This document shows, one piece after another, positions 15,018 through 31,092 of a stretch of 64,000 bases of DNA. Each line of letters begins with the position of its first letter. The first letter of the stretch is position 1. The position numbers and the translations under genes are program-made. The notes beneath the pieces are model-generated. The model had not been told where the DNA came from. It saw nothing but the letters and a program-made list of their open reading frames with translations, and did no database searches. Origin of the DNA: Octopus vulgaris (taxonomy: Eukaryota); NCBI GenBank assembly GCA_951406725.2, contig OX597839.1, positions 17,236,001 through 17,300,000 of the forward strand, given 5' to 3'.

Positions 15018-15337
15018 ACATAGATGTCTGTGGGTATATATATATATAAATATATATATACATATATATATATACGTGTGTATATAGATATGTATATATG
15101 TGTATATATATGTTTATATATACCTATCTATATATATGTACGTACGCGTATATATATGTGTACATATATGTGTGTGTATATATTTATATGTACGTGTATG
15201 TATATGTATATGTATATATAAATAAGTATGCATATGTATATATATGTATATATATATGTATGTCTGTATATGTGTGTATATATATATATATAAATGTATA
15301 TATATGTATGTGTGTATATGTATGTATGTATACATGC

Positions 15338-15369
<32 letters not shown>

Positions 15370-15783
15370 TTTTGTATGTCCCTCTCTCTCTTTCCTCTCA
15401 CTATATACGTACATATACACACACGTATAACTGTCTGAGTGTATATATGCATGTATGTATGTTTATGTACGTACATACATGAATATATATAGATAGATAT
15501 ACATATGAGTTTGTGTGTGTCTGTTCACACACACACACACATATATATATACATATATATATATACACACACATATATATATACATATATATACACACAT
15601 ATACACATATATATACAAATTGAGATAGGGGTTGTGAGTGCAACCCACCATGGGATAACATATATCCAATATACTGCCGACCTTGATGTTCATATGTAGT
15701 GGGTTAATAAATTATGTGATTGGGTATTATCTGGTAGTTGATTATTGATTAAGATGTATTTCTCCATTTTCTTATTTTGTATT

Positions 15784-15868
<85 letters not shown>

Positions 15869-15971
15869 TATATTCACATATACATATATATATATATACA
15901 CAAACATATATATTTATACACAAACATATATATTTATACACACACATATATATATATACATATATATATAT

Positions 15972-16034
<63 letters not shown>

Positions 16035-16099
16035 CATATATATATACTCACACATACACATATATATATACACACATACACACCTATATATATATATAT

Positions 16100-16329
16100 A
16101 TTTCTTTACTGCCCACAAGGGGCTAAACATAGAGGGGACAAGCAAGGACAGACAAAGGGAGTAAGTCGATTACATCGACCCCAGTGCGAAACTGGTACTT
16201 TATTTATCGACCCCGAAAGGATTAAAGGTAAAGTCGACCTCGGCGAAATTTGAATTTAGAACCTAACGACAGACGAAATACCGCCAAGCATTTCACCCGG
16301 CGCGCTAACGTTTCTGCCAGTTCGCCGCC
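16100..16329 (-). mobile_element. SINE family B, full length
   Basis: Reverse complement of the 57787 copy (head GGCGGCGAACTGGCAGAAACGTTAGC; core CCTTTCGGGGTCGATAAATAAAGTACCAG; tail GGGCAGTAAAGAAA). Confidence 0.92.
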
Positions 16330-17246
16330 TTTATATATATATATACACCTATATATATATACACCTACATATATATATACATACATATATATATATGTAT
16401 ATATATATACACACACACATATATATACATACATATATACACACACATATATGCATATATATACATATATATATACACACATGTGCTTGTTTGTATATAT
16501 GCACTCACGTATGTGTCTGTTCATGTACGTATGTGTGTATATATATATATATATATACACCCCCACCCCCCACACACAAACACATATAGATGAACGATAG
16601 CAACTCGTCCCATGACATGCTAAAATTAGGAGGCAAGGTCTCCCACAAATCAAACGTTCTTCGTTTGTAAGTTAACAAATACTATTTCTCAACTGGTTGT
16701 TTTGCATTAACACAAACACAATGTAGGACGTGCCTGCGCATTGTTTCCGTGTAATGCATTCATAAAGGTGTCATTAATTAGCCTGAATCTACAACAGGAG
16801 ACACTCGCCCCCCAGATTCTGCACAGTGAGCCGGAACCTAAAACCACGTCGTACAAAGCGAACTTTTTAGTCACTGTGCCATTCCCTGCATGTATATATA
16901 TATATATATATAGAAATATACTAAAACATGAATGAACGTAAATGAATTTTTATTTCAATTACAAGGATTTGGAATATTTTCATTTATTTTCAGTGTTTCT
17001 GATTCATTCTTTGCAATGTATTAGACAGATACTTGTGTGTGTGTGTCTATGTACGCATGTATGTGTGTATGTAACCAAGCATGCTTGTATATGTGTGTAC
17101 GCATATAATGTATTCATGTCTGAACGTTTATAGATATTCATATGCGTCTACATGTGTGTGCGCATGTGTATAAATAGATATAATGTGTATGTGTGTAATA
17201 TCACGTGTCTATGTTTATATGTATGCATACTTGTAATCATGTATGG

Positions 17247-17305
<59 letters not shown>

Positions 17306-18294
17306 TGTATGTGCGTGTGTGTGTGTTGTAGTATAAAACCAAAAAGTTCCAGTAAGGTAAAATGTCTTTGAGTGAAACCGGTGAAAATGCAAAACTGAAG
17401 AGATAGTCTACAGTTTCTCCGGGTTATTCCCATAAAGAATTGGTTGGTTTAGAACTACGAAGCAAAGCTCCATTGCAGGAATTAAAACAACTGCAAGTCA
17501 TGTATATTGTCACTATTCCTCTTAGAGGTTGCATTTGATCCTCCCGTTTGGATGTAGTGTTTTTTTTATTTGCTTGAAACCTCATATTTTCCAGATTCTT
17601 TCTCGTTTTCAGTTATAGTTTCATTCACATCTGGGATCAGCCTCAATACTTAACTGGTACTATTGGTACATCTATACTCTGTTATCACGGGGTTTGGTTT
17701 TTTAAAAAAAGTGAAAAAATGAATCATCTTCGCGCACTTTGTGAATGGAAGGAATGTTTGGTTCAATGACACTAAACTCAAAGCCCAAAGCAAACTGTTT
17801 TCCACAGTTATGTATTTTCTTCTTGATAATCTCTACATATTCTTGTACAGAAAACACGTGTGCCATTTTCTTTTGTTGTTGTGAGGATCGGGCGTCTTCG
17901 TATGTTGATGGACACAAATACATAAATCCGTAGAAATACGCAGCCTCACGGAACGGGCACGTAAACACAAGTGTTAGTCAATGTTTTCTGGATAGCTGAC
18001 CATTGTAGGTGGTCATCGGGGTGGCCCTTTGCGGCACAAGCAGAATTTTCGACTGATTGCCCATCCACGTTATTACATATCAATCAGTGATAAGTGTAAC
18101 ATGATTCACAGTTGAATCAACCGTGTTATCCCTGATCAGTGATGAATGAATTAGTGATGCACAGGACTACGTCTACTACAAGTTGGACAAAAGGCCAAAT
18201 TTACTTCAGGGGTTTTAGCCCTTTGAACTTATAGAGCCGTAGCTACATATCACTGAGTATTTTTGTCCTGCGCTCTACTGATTCTACCAGACCT

Positions 18295-18910
18295 CCGCTT
18301 AAACATAACCAGCAGTATTGGATATAAACGTAAGATATAGCAAGCATTACCGAAGTTAGAGACACAAATGTCAATACATGATCTAAATGAAGTTAGCATA
18401 GCCAAAGGCCTTCCTGTTAATACAAATATCTCTGTATCGTCTATGTCGGTGTGTGTGTGTGTGTTTATTCGTTTCTCTTTTTCCCTTCTCTTCACATCTC
18501 GTCTTTCTCACAGTCCGGTCCAGGAACTTCGTCTTTTCGTGTTATTTTACTAGTTTTACTTTTCTTGTTCGTGATCATCTTTAGATTAGTATACGTATCC
18601 AATTGTCCAACAATGGTGGTTGGATTCGTCACGATCGATGTATTACTTCACTACCTTACCAGTTTCAAATTTTACCTCAAGACGGTGGATTGTATGTTAT
18701 GATGTAATCTATGAACACATTAATAAAATTTTACTGAAACAGGTGTTGTAAATTTTAAACCCCACTTGTGTTTTCTATTATCAGAGTTTAAACTGTCTTA
18801 ATTGGATTTGGTACTTACATATCTACAGTAACCTACCAAAACTTGATACGTACATTGTTGTTTACCTCACTATGAACCCTGTCTTGTGGTACCTAGTCAT
18901 TTCTGGCGTC
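18295..18910 (+). mobile_element. Penelope-like retroelement 3' relic
   Basis: Decayed frame GYKRKI*QAL resembles the KRKIKEAL-type motif at the end of Penelope GIY-YIG domains; followed by an HHR-like motif at 18667-18756. Confidence 0.5.
18667..18756 (+). ncRNA. degenerate type I hammerhead motif with long stem II
   Basis: TTTAC-CTCAAGA-CGGTGGATT..(long loop)..TTTTACT-GAAA-CAGGTGTT-GTAAA; stem I TTTAC/GTAAA is perfect; core reads CUCAAGA rather than CUGAAGA. Confidence 0.5.
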
Positions 18911-19164
18911 CTACGTATTGATGTGCGTGCGCAGATTATTTCCAGTCATCCCTCTATTCCCCCACTTCTCTCTCTCATATATATATATATATATACATAT
19001 ATAAATATTACCTCATAAGATGTGTTTGAAAAATTAAACAGCAAAAAACGTAATTCACGATGCTAAAACTTCCTTCCAATACGTTCATGTCTTTCTTTAC
19101 AGATGTTTTTACATAATGAATAATTATTTTATTTTAAGAAAATCTTTTTTTTCAATATTGTGAC

Positions 19165-21097
<1,933 letters not shown>

Positions 21098-21100
21098 TCA

Positions 21101-21119
21101 GGCGCAGGCGTGGTTATGT

Positions 21120-21180
<61 letters not shown>

Positions 21181-21560
21181 AGAATCTGAATTCCCAACCA
21201 CGTTGACCCGGATTCAGTCTCACTGCGTTTCACCTTGAAATGTTTTCTACTATAACCTCCACCGACCAAAGACTTGTGAGTGGATTTGATTGATGGAAAC
21301 AGAAAGAAGCCTGTTGAATGTATATGTATACATTTATGCGTGTTTGTCTTTGTGTCTGTGTTTGTTCCCAACCATTGCTTGACAACTGATGCTTGTTTGT
21401 TTATGTCCCTGTAAATTAATGGTTCGCAAATGAGACCGATGGGATAAGTGCTAGGTTTAAAAAGAATAAGTCCTGGGGTCGATTTCTTCGACTAAAACCC
21501 TTGAAGGTGGTGTTCCCGCATGGCCGAAGTCAAATGACTGAAATAATTAAAAGAATAAAT
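21101..21560 (+). mobile_element. SINE family A with a (TA)n tract inside its tRNA head
   Basis: GGCGCAGGCGTGGTTATGTGG-(TA)~30-AGAATC..CCCAACCAC; body and tail otherwise colinear with the 25090 copy. Confidence 0.88.
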
Positions 21561-22979
21561 ATATTCAATCATATTGTGGCTTTTAATACCATAATCAACT
21601 TTGTGAAAGGAATCAGAAAATGTAAGGCATACTCAGTCAACTCCGGACGTTTAAAGTCAACGATTTGGATAAATCGTTAAAAAAATTATGTCAGTGTCAG
21701 GCAGCTTCAGGGCGGAAACCTTACTGGGTGCTGCGGAAATGCTTTTATTTTTTTTAAAAGTTAAGACGCGTGTAATATGGGTCTAAAGTTTCTTGCCTGT
21801 TCTATCGACAGAATTGGAGGTCACCCTGCCTTTTTTTAAACAGGTCGAGCAAAGGATTCAAAAAGTATTGGAGCCAAGTTTACAACAAGAAGAAGGTGTT
21901 ACCTTATGTACTCTTTTTTTTTCTGTAAGGGAGAATGGTGTGTTTTTGAGGGAGATTTTGAAGCTATTTCTTGCGAGTGGAGTGAGTGCATAGAGTTCTT
22001 TCGTCAGTGAATAGGGCACAGACCCACTACGCTGGCAGATTTTGAACTATGTAACTTTCACTTCTCGAGCGATCGCATTATCGATTGCGCTACAGAATGC
22101 CTGCTTTGATAATACTCTTTGAGATGGTGACCACTAGATGATCACGAAAGACCTGGTGATAAGCAACATGTATACATACCGTTTTTCTGGGGTTTTTTTT
22201 TATCTTGTATTAAATTCAAATATAGAATACTGAATTTTGCGCGAGTAAATATGGCAAGCACATATTTACATGCATGTTCACTCATGACTGAAGAACATCG
22301 CCGACCACTGCCCATGCAAAATGTGAGCATGAGATTATTGCACTAGTAGTCGGTTTTACCCGGGTTCGCGTCTGCAGTTTCCATGCTCGCCGCTGCGCTT
22401 TCCTACACAATCGAGCATCGGATAGTCGCCTGATCGGTGATTACTCAACCTGAAGTTTTAGTTCTGCTTCTCAGACACTCTACACTCTATTAACATCATT
22501 CAGAAACGAGCTAGGGCAAGATACCTTATGTCAGTATGAGTCGCAGACTCAAGAATGTAGGAGCACCATGATCTCAAGCGCAAGCAGAAGGTCCCCAACA
22601 TGTTCAATGCCATTCCCTGCGTATCTGGTTTTATTGTATATTAGAATGACTTTCTCCTGGAGACATGCTTTAGCAAAAACCGAGAGATGCCCTACTTCCA
22701 GTAGTCTTCCAGCACATCGGACACTAACCCGGAATTTATCAGGGCCCGTGCTATTGCTAGATAGTCATTGAACCTACACTAGGCTCATCCGTCCTTCGAG
22801 CAAGTCTTGTTTTTAGTCCTGCTACGTTTCTACCAATCCTCCTCACCAAGCAAGCCTAGTGGAGGTGTCGGTTTAGTCGCCGACAACCCTACCATGCAAC
22901 AGGTTGTACGGGATTCTATGTTCACAGTAGCATTCATGAGAGACCTCACAAGTGACCTGACATATATATGAATGAGCCA

Positions 22980-23910
22980 ATACTACGCCATTACGCAACC
23001 TGCTAAAATTGAGAGCTCAAAATCTCCCACAACTCACTCTCTTTCGTTTTAAATAGTGAAAAATATGTTATACAGTGCAGTCCATCATAAGATGAATCAT
23101 AAGTTTCATTTATCTTGGCTGAACTGGGTCCGATTGTAACTATATGAGAGGAACATTAAATACGCCAGTGTTACTGTTCCCAAAAGATTTTCGAACATTG
23201 CATGAACGGCCTCCGTCTTCAGCCAAAACATAAAAAGTGCAGAAAATAAACAACAACTGATTTATCATTTTCCCCGCGTTTTTATGCTATGTTTATAACA
23301 AAAGCATGATAGTCAGACAATAATATTTCATTCACAAACTAAAGGGACATTCTTGCGTGACAGTCAGACACAAATTATGAAATATCTAAGCTGTATACCT
23401 TGAATATTTACAAGAATTGTATCGATTCATTTTTTTCTCAGTTAAGTTTGACTAGCAAGGCGAGTATTAAACTAAAAGAAGAAAAAGAAAACTATCTTTA
23501 CCTAGGGTGAATGTTGAATTTTTTGGAGAGGGTCCAAAAATGACTGACGTATGTGACATCGTACAAAACTTTTTTCACCTGAAAATGTTAACTGCTAATT
23601 TCTCTAACTTTTTCCAGAGTAGCATTAAAAAAACCCTCGTGGCATTTATTTACATTGACCTTGAAATTTCCAAAAATGCTAATGAGTTTATTGGATACAA
23701 TTCTCATTGACTTGGCGTGACGTGCGTGACAAAAAATGTGTGTGACATTTTCAAGACAAATATTTTCTATATCTTCCAAATAGATCTGGAAGAAATTGTC
23801 TCACTCGTAAATGAACCATTTCGGCATATCTTTAAAGATATATAATGATTTTTCTTGGTATTCTAAAACAATTTTGAAAACCTGTTTTCGATTAATTTTC
23901 ATGAGAGCGG
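22980..23910. repeat. interspersed repeat, probably DNA-transposon derived; homologous to 7250-7790 and 34310-35135
   Basis: Colinear blocks such as TAAGCTGTATA.CTTGAA, GTGACATCG.ACAAAAC and GTGACATTTTCAAGACAAA; ORFs 23507 and 34710 translate similarly. Confidence 0.75.
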
Positions 23911-24386
23911 CTCTATTACATTTTAAACACAGTTTCGAATCGTGTTCAGTAATTAAAACAAGGAAATGTTTTGTTTTTTTTGTTATGTTCAAGATTGAAA
24001 GAAAAAATAGGAGTGTCAGCCAAAATACCTCAAAGCATTTTTTTCCCACTGTTTTATATTGAGAGTTCAAATCCCAGCGAGGTCATATTTGCTTTTACCC
24101 CGTCGAGAGTCAATGAACTAAGATAACTAATACCCTGGACTTATTATAACGAACCAATCTCCTTTCCTCGTCCAAGTTTTTTTCAGTATAATTAAATTAA
24201 ATGTTATCTTCCAGTTGTTGTTTTTAAATAGAACAGACAAGACTAAAAGCGTTGAACTGTTAACGGTGTTAAAATTCTGGACATTTAAGAACCTCCTCGA
24301 CATATCTAGGATTGTATTTTCTAAAGGATTTGGAAGCTGACAACTCACATACATACATACATACATACATACATACATACATACAT

Positions 24387-24417
<31 letters not shown>

Positions 24418-24613
24418 TACATACATACACACACAAGGTCCTGGGAGGGTAGAAGATAGAGTATTACACTGGCACAATGTAAGAGCGTACTTTTGACGCA
24501 GTTTTAAGGAAGTACCACTCTGTTTAAAAACGCAAATATTACGTAAATTTTCACTTGGAATTGCAAGTGATCATTATAGATGTGTTAAAATCTTTCTTTA
24601 CCTTCTTATTTAG

Positions 24614-24654
<41 letters not shown>

Positions 24655-24656
24655 TG

Positions 24657-24918
24657 AAGGTGCGTGGATCAGTGGTTATCGTATTCGGTTCACGTAAGGT
24701 CGTGAGTTTAACTCCCGGCGACGCAAGACACTTTATTTGTCATGGATCCAGTTCACAGGGCTGGCAAAAATGAGTAGTACTTGTATTTTAAAGGACCAGC
24801 CTTGTCAAACTTGAGTGTCACGCTGAATCTCCCTGAGAACTACGTTAAGGGCACACGTGGACCAGACTGTTCCGTTGTTCGGATTAATTGGAATCCTCGT
24901 CGTCGTAATCGACGGAGT
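24657..24918 (+). mobile_element. tRNA-derived SINE (family C-related head, different tail)
   Basis: Head AAGGTGCGTGGATCAGTGGTTA; tail GCTGAATCTCCCTGAGAACTACGTTAAGGG is shared with the minus-strand copy at 58200-59040. Confidence 0.75.
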
Positions 24919-25046
24919 AGTAGTAGTATATAGTATGTCTGCATTATGTATTTATGCATTATGTATTATGCATACATATGCATGATGTATTTATGTATGT
25001 CTATAATATACTTATGATGCTTATAATTTTATGTTCACATATATTT

Positions 25047-25088
<42 letters not shown>

Positions 25089-25089
25089 T

Positions 25090-25477
25090 GGCGCAGGAGT
25101 GGCTGTGTGGTAAGTAGCTTGCTTACCAACCACATATTTCCGGGTTCAGTCCCACTGCGTGGCACCTTGGGCAAGTGTCTTCTACTATAGCCTCTGGTCG
25201 ACCAAAGCCTTGTGAGTGGATTTGGTAGATGGAAACTGAAAGAAGCCCGTCGTATATATGTATATGTATGTGTGTGTGTTTGTGTGTCTGTGTTTGTCCC
25301 ACCAACATCGCTTGACAACCGATGCTGGTGTGTTTACGTCCCCGTAACTTAGCGAGAACGATAGAATAAGTACTAGGCTTACAAAGAGTAAGTCCTGGGG
25401 GTCGATTTCCTTGAGTAAAGCGGTGCTCCAGCATGGCTGCAGTCAAATGACTGAAACAAGTAAAAGAGTAAAGAGAG
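25090..25477 (+). mobile_element. SINE family A, best-preserved full-length copy
   Basis: tRNA-like head GGCGCAGGAGTGGCTGTGTGGTAAG..GGGTTCAGTCCC, internal microsatellite, A-rich tail AAACAAGTAAAAGAG. Confidence 0.93.
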
Positions 25478-25478
25478 A

Positions 25479-25511
<33 letters not shown>

Positions 25512-25802
25512 TACGCACACAAACACATATAAATACGCACAGACATAATACATACATACATTCTTGTAATTTCTACAGCGGAGCCTACTCTTGTAAATTT
25601 TGGGTCAGAACTCCGATTCCAGGATAAGTTTCTCTTTGACTCCAAACTATCTTGGAGGCCCGACAAAGGCTTCGATACAATGTACAATGCCTCCTTTCCG
25701 AAACTTAAAAATATAATGAAAATGACAATATCTATACGGAACATATTCATACACAGAGCCATGAAGTGCTCAAGCGCGCGCACACGCACACACACACGCA
25801 CG

Positions 25803-25858
<56 letters not shown>

Positions 25859-25914
25859 TTGATGTTTGATGCTTCTATGATTATTGACAAGCGAAAGACA
25901 GTCTGTGTTCATGC

Positions 25915-26082
25915 AGCCTGCTAAAAATAGCAACCAAATAATCTTCAAAACTAAACCCTACCGTCTTAGATATTGAAAGAACTTTAGATAATGTCGTCCT
26001 CTATGTTCCTAAAAACGTCAGGATGGTTAGAACTGGCATAACTTTGATTAATTGTCTGGTGGATTAGGGCTGTCAAGGACTT
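25915..26082 (+). repeat. abundant short interspersed repeat (family D); other copies near 49300-49500, 52215, 54150-54330, 50630, and reversed at 41335, 56370-56520, 57080-57180, 61780-61930
   Basis: Recurrent motif GCTA(G/A)AAATAGCA(G/A)CCAAA..CTCAAATCA..AGGATGG..CTTTGAT..GGTCTG..TCAGGGCTGA. Confidence 0.65.
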
Positions 26083-26083
26083 A

Positions 26084-26260
26084 AGGTGGTGAACTGGCAA
26101 AGTCGTTAGCGAGTTGGACACAATACTTAGCAACGTTTATGTTCTGTGTTCAAACCAAACAAGTTGAACACTACCTTTCATCCCTTCGGCGTCGATAAAA
26201 TAAAGTACCAGCGAAACACTGGGTTGAATGTTATCGTCTTCTCCCCTCCGCTCAAAATTG
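26084..26260 (+). mobile_element. SINE family B, degenerate
   Basis: AGGTGGTGAACTGGCAAAGTCGTTAGC..CCTTTCATCCCTTCGGCGTCGATAAAATAAAGTACCAG. Confidence 0.8.
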
Positions 26261-26755
26261 ATGGCTTGAATCCTGCAATGGACCGGCGTCTCGTTCAGGG
26301 GCAGTGTTGTGATCTTGGTCACTTATACGACATACAAACTGGATAATCGGCATTATGATTCCCAGGGCTCAAGAATATCTATATCTATATATAAAAAAGC
26401 GCTTAAGAACACCAGCAGCAAAACATTGTTCCACCCTACTCTTACTCCGACCTCTCCATACTATTCAGCATCATAGCTCTGCATCGAAGCCCTCCGTTCC
26501 TACAATGCACGTGCTTATTGGCTATTCCCCGACCTTCGCTAACAAACATAGATAGACACACGGACACACACAAATTTACATTTCCACATGCGCCTAAAAT
26601 AGCTTCAAACGTCGTCTCTTGAATGTCTGTCAACTGTACTGTCTGCAACAGTGTCTGCTAAATATAAGTTAAAGATACACACATATACCAAACAGAGACA
26701 CGTACGGAAACGTATATGGTATAATGCATATGCAATATATACGTGTTTCTCTCAC

Positions 26756-26792
<37 letters not shown>

Positions 26793-26930
26793 CCGCGCGC
26801 GCGCGTGCGCTTACACAGATGCACATGACGACAGAAGTGCGTGTGTTTTGTGATATTTATAAATTACAATGTACTTTTGTACCGCACATTGTATAAATCT
26901 ACCGACACTTATGTGCATTAGTGCATTTAT

Positions 26931-26981
<51 letters not shown>

Positions 26982-27853
26982 CTGCGCGTGCGAGGTGCAC
27001 ATATATTCATACACACACACGCACATTACAATGTAAAAACAATGTATAAATCTCTCCTGATATTTACATTAATACGCACACTCACACACACACACACACA
27101 CTCACACACAGACACACACACACACACGTACGTGCGTCCTTTTTATTGCTTCAGCAATAGGACTGCGACATGTTGGGTTTAGTCGAACAAATCGATCCAA
27201 TTACTTGATCTAAGTCGGGTACTTATTCTCCCGGTACCTTTTACCGAACCGAGAAAACTCAACGCTGTTTGTAGATGAAACAAAAAACAAACACAGACAC
27301 ATTCGCTCATACGATAAGCTTCGGCACCGTCTCCTGTGAATCCACGTGGTCGCGAACCGGACTACCTAACAATATACAGCCGCACTTACATATGTATTCG
27401 TAGTAAAAACAGAAAAAAAAAAAGTGACTTTTCGCTTAGCTCATAACCTGGTGTATTATTATCAACTAATTTTACTCTAAAAAACAAAAAAAGAGAAACA
27501 CTTTACTAATATAAACATCTAAAGTAAAACCAATAAAGGAATATGAAACAACATATTCTCACTTTTATTAATTCTAGTGTGTGTGTGTATGTGTGTGTTC
27601 GAAAGACAGAATCCAAGAAATCTGACGGTGAAGAAAGACTCGAATCTAAAACTCAATACGTTAGGTACTCCACCACTCTACGACAATAATTATTTCACTG
27701 TAGACTTTGTTACTTTTTAGTCAACAGATATATAAAGTACCATGTGTATAAGTATGATGTGTGTGTCTGTATACCACACAATGCTTCATCAAAACTACCT
27801 CATTTTAATATATATACATATATATAGATGTACAAGCTATACATGTGTGTGTT

Positions 27854-27894
<41 letters not shown>

Positions 27895-28399
27895 ACATGT
27901 GTATGAATATGCGGAAATGTACATGTGTCTATATATATATGTATGTGCATATATGCGTGTATATACGTTTGCGCATGTGTATATGGTGAGAAATGCAGAT
28001 CTGTATATTATATGATGAACTGTTTTCCGATTTACATCTTCTTCTAATTACACACGCGCGCACGCACACACACGTGGGGTGTGTATGTGTGTATATATAT
28101 ATAAATATGTCTGTGTGTGTATTTGAACTGTATGTATGCACGCGCGCGCGCACACACACACACACACATACACATATACACACAGGTACACCACGGACTA
28201 GTCCCCTTATAATCCATACTAATTCCCACTAATTGCACAGGTGCCTGTATTTCATTTAACCATCTAAGTAAGTTTTATATTTGTTTAATTCAGAATGTGT
28301 TGGCCCAAGTGACCATCACTGGTTTGGTAAAAATCATTAATTCGGAACAGCTTTGGAACCAAGGTTCTGAAAAATCGATGTTGTAAACGTGTGTGCGTA

Positions 28400-28464
<65 letters not shown>

Positions 28465-28859
28465 AATAATTACTATGAAGTATTGTATAGAATATATTTG
28501 GCCTTACCCACGATCTTTTATACAATATATATATATATATATATTACAATGGACGTTCTTGTCTCACCAATGGGAAATGCGGTTTATCAAAAAGAAAAAA
28601 ACAAACTGATAAGAACTCTTCTATTAATTTCAATAGAGTGGTATATTTATTCAACCCTCTCCAATGGTACTCAAGCAATTTTTGTCTATGGACCTCATTG
28701 ATTACTATTTTAATCTACTTGGCCTCCATGTTAAAAAAAAATTCTATTAGACTTTTAACATTATTAGGAATTGTATATTCAAAAAATGTTAAAATATTCT
28801 GTGTATTGTAGGAGTATAAGCAATTTACTGCTCATTAACTTTAATAACAAAATCTTATA

Positions 28860-29480
28860 TCGACCCCTAAGCATCAGTCCACCTGCTTGGCAAAAATCTC
28901 ATCAAGGTAAACCCTTTCACCACTATGGTAGTGTGGGGGTACTCCGTCTTGGTGAAAATAAAACTCCACTTCTTCAATGCCCTCTCGAATGGTTAACGTA
29001 ATAGATTGTCGTAGCAAGTTCAAATAAATGCGGCCAGTCCCAGAAAAAAACAAAAAACAGGTCCAATTAATTTTTTTTATAAGCTGCACCATACTGCAAA
29101 TCTTAGAAAATGAACATGTTCTGTAATATGCAGATACTCAGGTCTCCATTAAGCTATTTTTTTTTAATGTAGCCTCCTCATAAAAAGTGCCAAGTACCAC
29201 TCAGAAAACTTCACTCTCCGGTCCAAATCATCTTCATGTAGTGTAAGGACTATACTTAGAATTTAACTTTTCCAATGACAGCACTTCAAAACGCGATGGA
29301 AGTTTGATTTTGAAATACATATCTTACGACTCATTTACTGCACAGATTTTCTTGAGCTGTGATAATAAGTTTCCAGTGCACTTTCCTGCTTTGTGGGGAT
29401 CGTCGATGTCTGCACTCTTCCGGAACGTTTCCTGTGGACATTCTGAATAGTTATATCTGCTTCAGACTTATTTCTAATTC
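28860..29480 (-). pseudogene. IS630/Tc1/mariner transposase relic
   Basis: YLNLLRQSI..FYFHQDGVPPHYH..RVYLDEIF matches the FQQDGAPPH second-Asp motif; extent approximate. Confidence 0.65.
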
Positions 29481-29824
29481 CAGTTATGATAAGTCATATG
29501 AAACGAAGTGCTACTTTGCTCAAGGACCCAATTGGCTATCCTGCCGGTCGGCAATTGAATACCGGTCTTTATAATAGTCAGTTGAAGAAGTTAAATTGTC
29601 AACGTCTCTGCTGTTCATTCTCAGTTAAGTATTCTTACTTCGAGTTCACTTACCTCCACACGTGTATGTATGTGTTTGTGTGTGTTTCATATATATATAT
29701 ATGTGCGTGTGTGTATGTATATATAAGTGTGTGTGTGTATATGTATATATATGTGTGTGTGTGTATATATATATGTTTGTATGTATATGCGTATATATGT
29801 ACGTGTGTGTATATATATATATAT

Positions 29825-30022
29825 GTTTGTGTCTGTCACCCCCACCACCATCGCTTGACACCGATGCTGGTGTATTTATGTCCTCGTAACCTAGCGGTTC
29901 GGCAAAAGTGACCGATAGAATAAGTACTAGGCTTACAAAGAATAAGTCCTGGTGTCGATTTGTTCGACTAAAGCTGGCGCTCCAGCACGGCCGCAGTCAA
30001 ATGACTGAAACAAATAAAAGAG
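29825..30022 (+). mobile_element. SINE family A, 3' half
   Basis: TAGCGGTTCGGCAAAAG..GATAGAATAAGTACTAGGCTTACAAAGAATAAGTCCTGG. Confidence 0.9.
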
Positions 30023-30029
30023 TATATAA

Positions 30030-30105
<76 letters not shown>

Positions 30106-30295
30106 AAATAGGTATATACATATTTGTGTGCGTTTATACATACACAAGTAGATGTATGTGTGTGTGCTGCAATGAGCGAAACTTAAATCCTTTTAGTCAC
30201 TTGCATATCTTTACAGCCGATGGAAAAAGTATAAATTTCATGCATTTAGTTGTATTCTGTTTATTCCAACCAATCTATCTCCCCCCTCTCTCTCT

Positions 30296-30296
30296 A

Positions 30297-30379
<83 letters not shown>

Positions 30380-30380
30380 T
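30296..30380. repeat. (TATC)n tetranucleotide microsatellite
   Basis: About 20 TATC units; another tract at ~38983-39044. Confidence 0.95.
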
Positions 30381-31047
30381 TAGTGGTTGCCGTGTCTATG
30401 GGAGATGTGGGTTCGTGTCTCTTAGGCAGCCTTTGACTTTTTCTCTCCAATAGTTATTCATAGCTTTGTGTGCTTCGAGATCCATTGTTCCCTCAAAGAA
30501 TTATCCATCAGTTATCTATCTCTGTCACCTTCTCTCTTTCTCGCACATCTCTCACTCTGTATATATATATATATATATATATTAAATTAGATCTTGGGAG
30601 GATCACTTTGTCAATATATGTCATTGAACGTCTGAGACAAGTCTAAGACTTCAGTGTCACCGAGTGAGTGAGTCGCAGTGGTAGTGGATGCAAAAGACAG
30701 TGCCTAAATAAGCGAGTGCGGTTAAAGAAGAGACTGAAGCAACGTAGGAGAGCGAGCGCGTGAATGATTGCAGGGAAAGACGAAGCTGAAGAGAGAAAGC
30801 TGTTAGTGAAAAGTAAAAACAGAAAAGAAGAAAAAAATGAACCACGACGAAAACAGGAAAATAAAATAAAACACACCATAACAGATTATCGGCCATCAGC
30901 TTTTGCTATATATATATATGAACACATACGTCTGTGTTTTAAGTCTTACAACTAAAATACGCATGTGTGTTTGAGTCTGTCTACAGATGTATGTGTATAT
31001 ATATATCTGTATGTACGCATATAATATATATCACGTACGCACATACA

Positions 31048-31092
<45 letters not shown>

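Noticed and set aside
17685-18126. Possible Tc1/mariner deletion derivative
   Set aside because: Only a weak terminal match (CACGG/CCGTG) and no clear transposase motif.
22300-22960. GC-richer block, possibly a LINE UTR or Helentron end
   Set aside because: No motif strong enough to classify without a database search.
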